From positions 196,269-260,268 of the forward strand of contig JANNXA010000016.1 of assembly GCA_031409275.1 (NCBI GenBank): a stretch of 64,000 bases of DNA, in the 5' to 3' direction. Of the stretch, positions 1 to 9,524 are shown in pieces. This DNA comes from Planctomycetota bacterium (GTDB lineage: Bacteria; Planctomycetota; B15-G4; SIAN01). Every line of letters begins with the position of its first letter. Position 1 is the first letter of the stretch. The notes below the pieces were generated by a model. It ran no database searches. It saw nothing but the letters and a program-made list of their open reading frames with translations, and was not told the origin of the DNA. Position numbers and translations under genes: made by a program.

Positions 1-418
1 GCATCAGGTGGAGGTAGACGTTGACCGATCCATCGGCGAGCTCGATGGCGACCTCGTTGTTGTCTTCGATCCGCCCGGTCGGGCCCGCCGTGTCCTCTTT
101 CACGTACACGACTTTGCCCGACGCCATCGCGTGGATCGGCGTGCCGACTGGCAGCGGCGAGAAGTCGATCGCGTTCCAGTTCCAGACGTCGCTGTGGGAG
201 CCCTCGCCGTTGCCGAGGAAGACGGTCACCTCGCAGCCGAGCGCCAGGGGCACGTAGCAGAGCGGGGCGTCGACAGCCACGGCATCCTGCGGCGCTGCCT
301 CTCGCGATCCGCCGCGCGTCGCACTCCGCGCGACCGGCGTGGCGCTCCAGAGGAGCAGCGTGCCGACGAGCGCCGCGAATCGGGCGATCGAAGTTGGCGA
401 GTCGTCGCGTCGCGTCAT
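1..418 (-). CDS. M23 family metallopeptidase, secreted (3' end runs off the window)
   Basis: Not in the ORF track. Manual translation from ATG 418 (GAGG RBS upstream) gives MTRRDDSPTSIARFAALVGTLLLW...GSHSDVWNWNAIDFSPLPVGTPIHAMASGKVVYVKED...NEVAIELADGSVNVYLHLM, with the M23 H...D, GTPIxA and YxHL motifs. Confidence 0.8.
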   Translation of the reverse strand, partial: MTRRDDSPTSIARFAALVGTLLLWSATPVARSATRGGSREAAPQDAVAVDAPLCYVPLALGCEVTVFLGNGEGSHSDVWNWNAIDFSPLPVGTPIHAMASGKVVYVKEDTAGPTGRIEDNNEVAIELADGSVNVYLHLM

Positions 419-577
419 TCCTCTGTCTCCCAACCCTCAAGCTACCCCGCCCGCGCGAACGCACGGTGACGCGAGCATCGACGCGGATGTCGCCAAACCA
501 GCAGGCGTGGCATGCTGCGGCGCTCGCGTAAAAGGACGGTGCCGCCAACGCCGACCGCACGCCACGGGAGTCGCGTC

Positions 578-1969
578 ATGCGCCCTGCTCCGAACGCACG
601 GTGTCCGCTGGTTCGACGCGCTGCCCTCGGAGCATCGTGCACCGTCGCGCTGCTGACGCTGACACGCGTCGCATCGGCAGGCGATCCGCCGACGGCCGCG
701 CAGGCCGCGCCTGAGGCGAGGCCCGAGGTCCTGCCGGCCAAGGACGCCGACTTCGTGAAAGCGGTCAATCGCGCGGTCGACCTCGCCGACGCGTGGCTCG
801 CCAGGCAGCAACAGCCCGACGGCGGCTACGGCGATTTCCGATCGCACGGCGAGCGCAACTACGTCGCTGGAACGACGGCGCTGGCCGCGCTCGCTCGCAT
901 CGCAGCCGGCGAGAACCAGTACAGCGAGCCGCTCGAACGCAGCTACGCCTTCCTCAAGTCGCACCCGCCGAAGTACACCTACGAGGTCGGCCTCACGCTG
1001 ATGGCGTTCGACGCTCGTTGCGCCCCCGTCGGCGAGTGGCAACAGGTCGAGCGCATGAGCTCGGCGGACCTGGCGAAGTACGCCTTTCCGCGCAGCCTGC
1101 AGCCGGGCGATCGCGACTACCTGCAGCCGCTGGTGGAGCGGCTGGTCAAGGAGCGCTCCGCCGAGTGCTGGAGCTACGGCAACTACGGCACCGGCTTTTC
1201 CGCCCACAGCGCCGACATGAGCAACACGCAATATGCGGCGCTCGGGCTGAAAGCGGCCTCGCGCCTCGGACTCGACTTCGACCGCAAGCTCTTCGCCGAC
1301 CTGCTCGACTACGTGCTCGACCATCAGGAGACGAAGGGCACGCCGGTGAAGCTCATCGACGTCGAGGAAGGCAAGGACGGCAAGACCAAGGAGTACGCGC
1401 GCAAGGTCGATGCCCGCGGCTTCGGCTACACCTACGGAATGCGGGATGGAGCCGAGATCGCCGGATCGCGCGCGTGCATCGCGATCGCCTGCATCCAGCT
1501 CTCGCTCGACGAACTGCTGACCAAGGGCAAAGGCGAAGCGCTGGCGCGGGCCCGCAGACGGCGCAAGGAGGCCGCGGTCGCCATCGACTCGCAGCTCGCC
1601 TGGTTGCAGGAACACTTCTCGGTCACGAGCAACCCGACAGGCGACGGCGGCCCCGGCTTCGGTGGTCCAGGCGGTCCACCCGGCCGCCCTCCCGGTGGCG
1701 GCCAACCCGGTGGCGCCGCCGGCCAGGGCGCGGGGTTCCTCTACTACTACCTCTACGCCATGGAGCGCGTCGGCGCGCTGACCCACCGCAAGTGGATCGG
1801 ACGCCACGACTGGTACCGCGAAGGTGCCGACGAGCTGATCCGCCGGCAGAACGCGGACGGCTCGTTTCCGTCCGCGAGTTGGGATGACCCGCTCTGCGAC
1901 ACCTGCTTCGCGTTGCTGTTCCTGAAGCGCGCGACGCTGCGCAGCTCCGTGACGAGCGGCGAGCGGTGA
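578..1969 (+). CDS. Prenyltransferase/squalene-cyclase-like (alpha/alpha barrel) repeat protein, secreted
   Basis: QW-like repeats (WLARQQQPDGGY, LIRRQNADGSF), DMSNTQYAALGL, YYYLYAMERVG and TCFALLFL; signal peptide; GGGAG RBS before ATG 578. Confidence 0.8.
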   Translation: MRPAPNARCPLVRRAALGASCTVALLTLTRVASAGDPPTAAQAAPEARPEVLPAKDADFVKAVNRAVDLADAWLARQQQPDGGYGDFRSHGERNYVAGTTALAALARIAAGENQYSEPLERSYAFLKSHPPKYTYEVGLTLMAFDARCAPVGEWQQVERMSSADLAKYAFPRSLQPGDRDYLQPLVERLVKERSAECWSYGNYGTGFSAHSADMSNTQYAALGLKAASRLGLDFDRKLFADLLDYVLDHQETKGTPVKLIDVEEGKDGKTKEYARKVDARGFGYTYGMRDGAEIAGSRACIAIACIQLSLDELLTKGKGEALARARRRRKEAAVAIDSQLAWLQEHFSVTSNPTGDGGPGFGGPGGPPGRPPGGGQPGGAAGQGAGFLYYYLYAMERVGALTHRKWIGRHDWYREGADELIRRQNADGSFPSASWDDPLCDTCFALLFLKRATLRSSVTSGER

Positions 1970-2027
1970 TCTCGGTGATTCCCATCGCTGGTGACGCTCC
2001 CCACTCACTGCGCGCGCAGCCGCCCTC

Positions 2028-3488
2028 GTGAGCGATGCGTCGATCGACGCCGCTCGCGCCCTGCTGCCCGCTTGGGTCGGCTGGAGCAACCTGGCATTGC
2101 TGCCGGCGATGGTCGCCGTTGCCGCGGCTTCGACCTGGCTCGTCACCCGGTTGGCGACGCGCCTGCTTCGACGTACCGCGGGAATCGACTCGATGGCTCC
2201 CGACCAGCGCGCCGCACTGGTCGGACCGGTGCGTGCCGCGGTCCGGGACTTCCGATGGAAAGCGGCGCTCATGCTGCCGCTCTTCACCCTGCCGCTGAGT
2301 GACGACCTGACGTTCCTCACCACGGAGTGGGTGGCGCTGATCGGCGCCGCGGCGATCGTCTGGGTGACCGGCGCCGCCAGCGCGCCACTGCGCCGGTTCA
2401 CGCCCGCCGCACGCTTCAGTGCCGTCGAGCGTCGGCGCGTCACCCTCTTCTTCGCGGTTGGACACGCACCCGTCGCTCTCATCGTCACGCTTGCCATCGC
2501 CATCGATCCATCCCGCCCGCTGGCGTCGACTCTCCTGACGCTGATCGGGATCGTCGCCGGCCTGGCGATGAGCGATCGAGCGCGGCTCGCGCTTTTCCGT
2601 CGCGCCGGCATCACGCGACCGCCGCCGCCGAATCTCGTCGCAGCGGTCGCCGACGCGGCGCGGGAGTGCGGGGTCGCGCCGCCCCATCTCCTCGAAGCGG
2701 ATCTGCCCGTTGCCAACAGCCTCGCGCTTCCATCGAAGCACACGCTCGTGGTGACCCGTCGCTGTGTCGAGCTTTGGAATCCCCTGCAGCTCACGGCCTT
2801 CTGCGCTCATCAGCTCCGCGAATTCACGCCGCGGCACAGGACCCGCGCGAGCGTGTTCGTCGCAGCACTCAGCCTCTTGTCGATCGTCTTCATGCGACCG
2901 CTCGCTCACTGGATCGGCGCGCTGTCGACGCTGTTGGTGATCGCCGTCCTCGTGCTCGGCATGAGATGGCTCGAGCGCGTCGGCAAGCGCCGGGCCCCGG
3001 GCGACGCGGAACCGCCGGCGTCGGGGGTCGAGCGCGAAGCCGACGCCTACGAGCAAGCGCTCGCGCTCCGTGATCGCGACGCGGAAATCGTCCGGCCACC
3101 GCGCAAGGGAACGGTGGCGGCGCATCCGTCGCCATCGCGGCGATCCCTCCTGCTGGCGAAACTCGCGGGCTCGCTGGTCTTGGCGCCATGCGTGCTGGCG
3201 CCGGTCTACTTCGCCATGGTGACCGCGATCCTGCCCTACGCGATGCTGCCGTGGCCGCGCGACCTCTCCCTCGCGCTCGGCCAAGGCACGAGCGGCGAGC
3301 TCTTCGCGCGTTTCCAAGCCGCGGCGGAGGCAGGGGACGAGGCGGGTGCCGACGTGCTGGTGGCGGCCGCAGCGGCGCTGGCATCTCGAGATGAGTCCAA
3401 CGGCTGGTTCGATCTCATGGTCCGCTTCGGCGTGGTCAAGGTGATCCCGTTCGACCCAGAGACTCCCGACTCGCCGGGCGAACGTTAG
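2028..3488 (+). CDS. Membrane protein resembling M48 (HtpX/Ste24) peptidases, catalytic motif degenerate
   Basis: Multiple TM helices; ...VANSLALP...LVVTR...LTAFCAHQLREF sits where M48 enzymes have NA-F...AHELGH. Confidence 0.55.
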   Translation: MSDASIDAARALLPAWVGWSNLALLPAMVAVAAASTWLVTRLATRLLRRTAGIDSMAPDQRAALVGPVRAAVRDFRWKAALMLPLFTLPLSDDLTFLTTEWVALIGAAAIVWVTGAASAPLRRFTPAARFSAVERRRVTLFFAVGHAPVALIVTLAIAIDPSRPLASTLLTLIGIVAGLAMSDRARLALFRRAGITRPPPPNLVAAVADAARECGVAPPHLLEADLPVANSLALPSKHTLVVTRRCVELWNPLQLTAFCAHQLREFTPRHRTRASVFVAALSLLSIVFMRPLAHWIGALSTLLVIAVLVLGMRWLERVGKRRAPGDAEPPASGVEREADAYEQALALRDRDAEIVRPPRKGTVAAHPSPSRRSLLLAKLAGSLVLAPCVLAPVYFAMVTAILPYAMLPWPRDLSLALGQGTSGELFARFQAAAEAGDEAGADVLVAAAAALASRDESNGWFDLMVRFGVVKVIPFDPETPDSPGER

Positions 3489-3543
3489 AAGTGGGCCGCG
3501 ATCGATCGGTTGATTCGCTGGAGAATTCGGACACGATGCGACC

Positions 3544-4521
3544 ATGAGCGTCCGCAAACGGCTCTTGTCGGTCGTCGTGCCCTGCTTCAACGAGGAAGCG
3601 GTGCTGGCGCTCACGCACCGGCGGTTGCTCGAAAGCCTCGGCAACCAGGCGGAGTTCGACCTCGAGATCGTCTACGTCGACGACGGCAGCCGCGACCGCA
3701 CCGAGCAGATCTTGTTCGATCTCGCCGACCAGGATGCGCGCGTCACGGTCGTCTCCTTCACGCGCAACTTCGGCCACCAACCGGCGGTCTCGGCGGGAAT
3801 GCGGCAGGCGACCGGCGACGCCGTCGCGGTGATCGACGCCGACCTGCAGGATCCGCCGGAAGTGATCCTGCGGCTAGTCGACCAGTGGCGCGAGGGATTC
3901 GACGTCGTCAACGCCGTGCGCCAGCACCGGAAGGAGGGTTTCGCCAAGCGCTTCGCGTACGCGATCTTCTATCGCGTGTACCAACGGCTCGCGAGCATCG
4001 ACGTGCCGCTCGACAGCGGCGACTTCGCGCTGATGGATCGGCGCGTCGTCGATGTCATGAACGCGCTGCCGGAGAAGAATCGCTTCGTGCGAGGGCTGCG
4101 CAGCTGGTCGGGCTTCCGCCAGACCAGCGTCGTCTACGAACGCCAATCGCGCGCCGCCGGCGAGACGAAGTACAGCTTCCGCAAGCTCGTCGGTCTCGCC
4201 TTCGACGGCATCGTCAACTTCTCGACCGCGCCGTTGAGCCTGATCTTCGGGCTCGGCGCAGTGACCGCGGCGCTGGCGCTGGTGGCCGGCGCGCTCTACC
4301 TCTTCTGTCGCATCGTCGAGATCCCGATCTTCGGCTACACCCCCGGCCAGGCGCCCGGCTTCACGACGCTGATCCTCGTGATCCTCTTCTTCAGCGGCGT
4401 GCAGCTCATCTCGATCGGGATCCTCGGCGAGTACCTCGGCCGCATCTATCAGGAGACCAAGATGCGACCGACCTATGTCGTCAAGGAAGTGCACCGACGA
4501 CGCGACACGAGCGAGACGTAG
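3544..4521 (+). CDS. GT2 polyprenol-phosphate glycosyltransferase (GtrB/ArnC/DPM1-like)
   Basis: SVVVPCFNEE, VDDGSRD, RNFGHQ, IDADLQDPP, two C-terminal TM helices, GEYLGRIY..RP.Y. Confidence 0.93.
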   Translation: MSVRKRLLSVVVPCFNEEAVLALTHRRLLESLGNQAEFDLEIVYVDDGSRDRTEQILFDLADQDARVTVVSFTRNFGHQPAVSAGMRQATGDAVAVIDADLQDPPEVILRLVDQWREGFDVVNAVRQHRKEGFAKRFAYAIFYRVYQRLASIDVPLDSGDFALMDRRVVDVMNALPEKNRFVRGLRSWSGFRQTSVVYERQSRAAGETKYSFRKLVGLAFDGIVNFSTAPLSLIFGLGAVTAALALVAGALYLFCRIVEIPIFGYTPGQAPGFTTLILVILFFSGVQLISIGILGEYLGRIYQETKMRPTYVVKEVHRRRDTSET

Positions 4522-4696
4522 CAGCCCGTTGGAGAAGTCACCGCGAGTCTGACGAGCGGATTTCGAGTCGGGACGAGGAGGAGGTTCGAAGCCAACTCCC
4601 CTGTGAGTTGTCGAGTTGCGAAGCACGTCCTGACTCCGACGAAGTACCGGCTTGAAAGACGCCGCCAGGCGACACGGGGAGTTCTCCAACGGGCTG
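4522..4696. mobile_element. MITE type A copy 1 (175 bp, TIR CAGCCCGTTGGAGAA, GTAG target duplication)
   Basis: 15-bp perfect terminal inverted repeats; GTAG at 4518-4521 and 4697-4700; near-identical copy at 52801-52960; no transposase. Confidence 0.9.
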
Positions 4697-4719
4697 GTAG
4701 CCGCGAAGCGAGCGGCGCT

Positions 4720-6069
4720 TCATGGGTCGAGCAGTCCGCGGGAGAGCAACTCCTTCGCGATCGCCGCTCCGACCACCTCGTTGCCGAACACGGTCCAATG
4801 GCCGCTCCACACCTCGTGGAAGCGCTTCGAGCCGAGCGTCCGGAAGGCGTGGCGCACGTTGATCAACTCGACCTGACGAGCGTTCGCCCATTCGACGACG
4901 CAGCGTTCGTGCGCGTCCGGGAACGCGTCGAACGAGCCCGCCTTGGCGGGAAAGTAGGCGACGGCGAAGCGGCTCCCTTGACCACGGCTCGAGGCGAGCG
5001 CTCGATCCAGCAGTCGCCGCGCCACTTCCCACTTGGGCGAATGGGTCGTCAGCTGGTGGAAATCGTCGATGGCGCGTGCGATCAGTCCGGCTGCAGCGCT
5101 GGTCGGAAGCGAAAGCTCGAGGTGCTCGCCGAGCCGTTCGACCTCGATGCCGCGCGTTGCGCCGGCGCGCGGTGGTTCCGGCGCAAACAGCCTCAGGCCA
5201 TCGCAGATCCCGTCGAGGGAGTCGTCCGCCCCACCGAGCTCGGCCAGCTCGAAATGGGGCTTGGCGAAGTCGCGAAATGAGAGCGCGTTGCGATCGAGGT
5301 CGGGACCGAACAGGCCGAGCAGGACGAGGTCGGGTTCGTGTTGCAGCCCGCGCTGCTCGAGGCGCAACACTTGCTGATCGAGCCCATAGCCCATCACGCC
5401 GAAATTGAGCGCACGCACGGTGGCGTCCGGTGCGCGCCGCGCGAGAGCGGCGGCGAGCTCGCGCTCCATCACCGGGATCCACGCCTCCTCGTCGCGCACG
5501 CCTTCGCCGAACGTGAAGGAGTCGCCGATCGCGACGATGCGTCGCTCGTGCGCGGGCTGCGTCGCGGGGAGCTCGATGCCGCGCGCGCCGGCGGAGTTGA
5601 TGGAGATGCCGTCGCTTCGATGTCCCGGTACCGGTTCCCAACCAAGCGCGTCATCGAGGCGATGCACCTGCAATTCACCCGGCACCGCCATCGCGAAACG
5701 AGCGCGCCACCAGTCATCCTCCGGCAGCAGCAGCTCGTAGCGCTGCGCGGGGTCGATCAGCAACACACGGGCGATCCCCTCCAGCGAAAGCCCCCCCACC
5801 ATCAACATCACGGACGCCACCAGCGATCCGCGCGCAAGCCGGCGATCTCCGCGGCGACGCCACACGACGACGCTGGCACGGAACAGGCGAGCCGCTGCGA
5901 CGGCCAGCAGCAGGGCCGCGATCCACGCCAGCAGCTGCGCGCGTCGACCCGGCAGCGGGCCGGCGGCCAGCACGAATCGGCCAAGCAACGGTGGCGTCGC
6001 GAAGACGGCCAGCGCGAGCAGAACGCTCGCGACGATGGCCAGCAGGAAGGCGATGAAGCGCGCGAGCAT
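4720..6069 (-). CDS. SGNH/GDSL hydrolase family protein with N-terminal TM helices
   Basis: IVAIGDSFTFGEG (block I), NFGVMGYG, GHWTVFGN; ATG 6069 (MLARFIAFLL). The upstream part of the ORF-track ORF is antisense to the next gene. Confidence 0.85.
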   Translation of the reverse strand: MLARFIAFLLAIVASVLLALAVFATPPLLGRFVLAAGPLPGRRAQLLAWIAALLLAVAAARLFRASVVVWRRRGDRRLARGSLVASVMLMVGGLSLEGIARVLLIDPAQRYELLLPEDDWWRARFAMAVPGELQVHRLDDALGWEPVPGHRSDGISINSAGARGIELPATQPAHERRIVAIGDSFTFGEGVRDEEAWIPVMERELAAALARRAPDATVRALNFGVMGYGLDQQVLRLEQRGLQHEPDLVLLGLFGPDLDRNALSFRDFAKPHFELAELGGADDSLDGICDGLRLFAPEPPRAGATRGIEVERLGEHLELSLPTSAAAGLIARAIDDFHQLTTHSPKWEVARRLLDRALASSRGQGSRFAVAYFPAKAGSFDAFPDAHERCVVEWANARQVELINVRHAFRTLGSKRFHEVWSGHWTVFGNEVVGAAIAKELLSRGLLDP

Positions 6070-6147
6070 CGGCCTTTTCCTATCCCGGGGCGATCGACAG
6101 TCAATCCTCGCGATTGCACGCCAAGCCACCTGAGGCACAATCCTCCC

Positions 6148-7722
6148 ATGATCGAGCTTCGAGACGACGCCAGCCGCGGCACGGACTGGCACCTGCGGAT
6201 CGCTCCGCTCCTTTTCGCCGCGGTTGCGCTCGTCGCGCTCGCGCTCTTCCTCTGGTGCACGACCGCGCGCCTGCCATGGGGCTTCGAGCTCTCCAAGATG
6301 GAGGGCGGCTTCGTCGACCACGCGCGGCGTGCGGCGAGCGGCCTGCCGATCCACGCGGCCCCGACTTCGGAGTTCGCCTCGTTCCTCTACATGCCGCTCG
6401 CCCACCACGTGGCGGGTTGGTTCGTGCGCGCCGGCCTCGATGGCTACGCGGCGACTCGACTGCTCTCGATCGCCTCGCTGACGCTGGCGACCGCGCTCTC
6501 GACCTGGCTCTGCGCACGCGCGTTGCGACAGCAGTGGATGGCGTCGCTGGTGCCCGTTCTTGTGATCGCACGCTATTTCGACGTCGAGTGCTTCTACGAC
6601 CAGGCGCGCCCCGACAACCTGATGTCGCTCTTCCTGGCGCTCGCCACGATCGCGCTGGCGCAGCCGCGCAGCGCAGCGGCCGTCGCGCTCTTCGTCGTCT
6701 CGGGGACGCTCGCCTTCTTCACCAAGCAGTCGTCGCTGGTCTTCCTGGCCGGCCTGCTCGGTTGGCACCTCTTCCTGCGTCCGCAGGTCGCGCTGATGGC
6801 GGGCGCGCTGCTCGCCGCGGTGGCGGCGCCGCTCTACTTCGTCCTCGACGGGCGCACCGGCGGCTGGCTCTCGAACTATGTGTGGAACATCCCGGCCACC
6901 CACCATTTCGACCAACAGGGCTTCATCGAGCTGGCGCGCGACGAGCTGCTCGGCGGCTTCCTCGTGCCAGCGCTGGTGATCGCGGGCGCGGCGATCGTGC
7001 TCGCGCGTCGGCTGCTCGCGCGCTGGCGCACGGGCCACTTCCGGTTCGAGCTGCCGACGGCGCCGGACGACCGCGTGCGCGAACTTGCGACGCACGCCCT
7101 CTTCTCGGGTGCGCTCGGCGGTCTGGCCTTCTCGCTGGCGAGCTCGACGCAGGTGCTGGCGGTGAAGAACGTCTGGGTCTCGTGCGCGGTGGCGAGCGCG
7201 CCGTTCCTGCCGATCGCGATCGAGCGGGCCATCGCGGCGCTGGCGCCGGCGCGGAAGACGGCTGGCTCGCAGGCAGCCTGGCTCGCGCTGACGGCGTGCG
7301 TCGCGCTCGGCTTCACCGATCCGCGTCCCTTCCGGCCAACCGAGGCCGACGCGCAGGAGTGGCGCGCGCTGCACGCCGAACTCGCGAAGTACGGCCCGCG
7401 CGAGCGCACCTGGATCACCCTTCACGCGGCGAGCTACGGCGGGGTTCCCGAGGAACCCTACCACCTCCACTTCGGCGCGCTCTCCGACTTGATGGGCGGC
7501 TACTACGGCGACCCGACCGGCGTCGAGCTGCCGCCCGACCTCGTCGCGAAGGTCGCGGCGCGTTGGTACGCGGCGATCGTCATCGCCGACTGGGACCCCC
7601 GCATCCGCGCCGTGATCGGCGCGAGCTACGAGCCGGCGCCGGGCGGGCGCGCGTTTCGGCTCCCTTCCTTCAGCGGCCATCCATCGGGCAAGTCGGTGAT
7701 CTGGGTCCCCAAGCGCGGCTAA
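6148..7722 (+). CDS. GT-C type integral membrane glycosyltransferase (GT39/ArnT/PMT-like)
   Basis: First-loop acidic motif (FELSKMEG), YMPL, RLLS, ARPDNL, AFFTKQ; many TM helices. Confidence 0.75.
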   Translation: MIELRDDASRGTDWHLRIAPLLFAAVALVALALFLWCTTARLPWGFELSKMEGGFVDHARRAASGLPIHAAPTSEFASFLYMPLAHHVAGWFVRAGLDGYAATRLLSIASLTLATALSTWLCARALRQQWMASLVPVLVIARYFDVECFYDQARPDNLMSLFLALATIALAQPRSAAAVALFVVSGTLAFFTKQSSLVFLAGLLGWHLFLRPQVALMAGALLAAVAAPLYFVLDGRTGGWLSNYVWNIPATHHFDQQGFIELARDELLGGFLVPALVIAGAAIVLARRLLARWRTGHFRFELPTAPDDRVRELATHALFSGALGGLAFSLASSTQVLAVKNVWVSCAVASAPFLPIAIERAIAALAPARKTAGSQAAWLALTACVALGFTDPRPFRPTEADAQEWRALHAELAKYGPRERTWITLHAASYGGVPEEPYHLHFGALSDLMGGYYGDPTGVELPPDLVAKVAARWYAAIVIADWDPRIRAVIGASYEPAPGGRAFRLPSFSGHPSGKSVIWVPKRG

Positions 7723-7750
7723 CGTGCCCCGCCACTTCTTGGGGAACGCC

Positions 7751-9271
7751 ATGGAACTGCGCGCCGCCTACGCCGAGTTGCTCCGCCGCTACGCCGAGGT
7801 GCGCGACCTCTCGGCCGTCGCCGGGCTGCTGTCGTGGGACCAGGAGACGATGCTGCCGCGCAAAGGGGCGCCGGCGCGTGCCGAGCAGCTCGCGACGCTG
7901 GCCGGCATTCGCCACGAGCGCTTCACCGATCCTCACCTCGGCGAGCTGCTGGAGCATTGCCGCAGCGCGCCGGGCCGTTTCGACGAGATCGAGAACGCGC
8001 AGCTGCGGGAGCTGCACACCGACTACGAGCGGGCCACGAAGCTGCCGAAGGAACTGGTCGAGCAGTTCGCCGCAGCGGAGAGCGCGGCGCTAGAGGCGTG
8101 GCGCGACGCGCGCGCGAAGAGCGACTGGAAGGCGTTCGCTCCCCATCTCGAGCGACTGCTCGGCTTGCTGCGCCGCAAATGCGACGCGCTGGGATTCGGC
8201 GCGCGGCGCTACGACGGGCTTCTCGACGACTACGAGAGGGGCACGACCGAGGCGCAGCTCGTCACTCTCTTCGCCGACCTGCGCGCGCGCCTCGCGCCGC
8301 TCGTGGCGCAAGCGCTGGAACGGGCCGCCACGGTGGACGTGCGCTGCATGCAAGGCCACTTCGAGCAGGCCCAGCAGGAGCAGCTCGCTGATGCAGTCGT
8401 GCGCGCCATGGGCTTCGACCTCGACGCCGGTCGCATCGATCGAAGCTCGCACCCCTTCTGCAGCGGAATCGCCGCGGGCGACGTGCGACTCACGCGACGT
8501 TTCGTCAACGACGACCTGCGGCCGGCGCTCTACGGAGTGATCCACGAAGCGGGCCACGGCCTTTACGAGCAGGGGATTCCCGCCGCACTGATGCGCACCC
8601 CGCTCGGCGAGGCGTGCTCGCTCGGCGTGCACGAATCGCAATCGCGGCTGTGGGAGAACATCGTCGGCCGCAGCCTTCCGTTCTGGCGCGCCTTCGGGCC
8701 CGCGGCGGCGCGCTGCTTCCCGTCGCTCGCCGCGATCGCGCCGGAGCAGCTTTGGCGCGCGGCGAACCGGGTCGAGCGATCGCTGATCCGCGTCGAGGCG
8801 GACGAGCTGACCTACAACCTGCACATCATCGTGCGATTCGAGATCGAGCGCGCGCTGGTGCGCGGCGACCTCGCCGTGGCGGACGTGCCCGCGGCGTGGA
8901 ATGGCCAGATGAAGGAGCTGCTCGGGCTGGTGCCGGCGAACGACGCGGAAGGGTGCCTGCAGGACATCCACTGGTCGATGGGCGCGCTCGGCTACTTCCC
9001 GACCTACACGCTCGGCAACCTCTACTCCGCGCAACTCTGGGAAGCGGCGCAGCGCGAGCTGCCCGACCTCGACGGCGCCATCGCGCGCGGCGAGTTGCAG
9101 CCGTTGCGCGAATGGCTGCGCGCGAAGGTGCACGTCCACGGCCGCCGCTTCACTGCGAAGGAGCTGATCGAGCGAGCCACCGGCGCGCCCCCCTCCGCCG
9201 AACCGTTCCTGCGCTACCTCGGCGGCAAGCTCGCGGCCATCTACGGAATCGCGCCCCCCGCGAGCCGCTGA
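7751..9271 (+). CDS. Carboxypeptidase M32 (carboxypeptidase Taq)
   Basis: LSWDQET, HPFC, HEAGH zinc motif, HESQS, IRVEADELTY, QDIHW, GYFPTY. Confidence 0.96.
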   Translation: MELRAAYAELLRRYAEVRDLSAVAGLLSWDQETMLPRKGAPARAEQLATLAGIRHERFTDPHLGELLEHCRSAPGRFDEIENAQLRELHTDYERATKLPKELVEQFAAAESAALEAWRDARAKSDWKAFAPHLERLLGLLRRKCDALGFGARRYDGLLDDYERGTTEAQLVTLFADLRARLAPLVAQALERAATVDVRCMQGHFEQAQQEQLADAVVRAMGFDLDAGRIDRSSHPFCSGIAAGDVRLTRRFVNDDLRPALYGVIHEAGHGLYEQGIPAALMRTPLGEACSLGVHESQSRLWENIVGRSLPFWRAFGPAAARCFPSLAAIAPEQLWRAANRVERSLIRVEADELTYNLHIIVRFEIERALVRGDLAVADVPAAWNGQMKELLGLVPANDAEGCLQDIHWSMGALGYFPTYTLGNLYSAQLWEAAQRELPDLDGAIARGELQPLREWLRAKVHVHGRRFTAKELIERATGAPPSAEPFLRYLGGKLAAIYGIAPPASR

Positions 9272-9320
9272 CCGTCCGAACGCCGAGCGATCGGTCGAAC
9301 GACCGGGTGGCGTACGACCG

Positions 9321-9402
9321 GGTGGCGGGGAACTTTCCACCGCCGTTCCCGCACATGGTGCGCGTTCGACGGTTGAAAGATCCCCGCCACCTGTTCGGCG
9401 GC
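9321..9402 (+). repeat. REPIN-like palindrome copy A
   Basis: GGTGGCGGGGAACTTT...AAAGATCCCCGCCACC plus TGTTCGGCGGC tail; related copies at 38517 and 42729. Confidence 0.85.
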
Positions 9403-9524
9403 GGTGTGAACTACGGGATCTCCCGCTCCGACTACGAGCAAATCCTCACCCGATTGTCCCGGCGCGATGAAGGTGACGCCTCGGAGCGGTCGAACGGAAC
9501 GGCATCTACTTCTGGAGAGATGCC

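Noticed and set aside
578..1969. Squalene-hopene cyclase
   Set aside because: It is too short, has a signal peptide and lacks the DxDD catalytic motif.
437..2794. Long antisense and alternative-frame ORFs throughout (e.g. 437-2794 -, 21556-25020 +, 24696-27761 +, 31092-33440 +)
   Set aside because: They are shadows of well-supported genes. Stop codons are scarce in GC-rich DNA and the translations are Arg/Ala-rich with no motifs.
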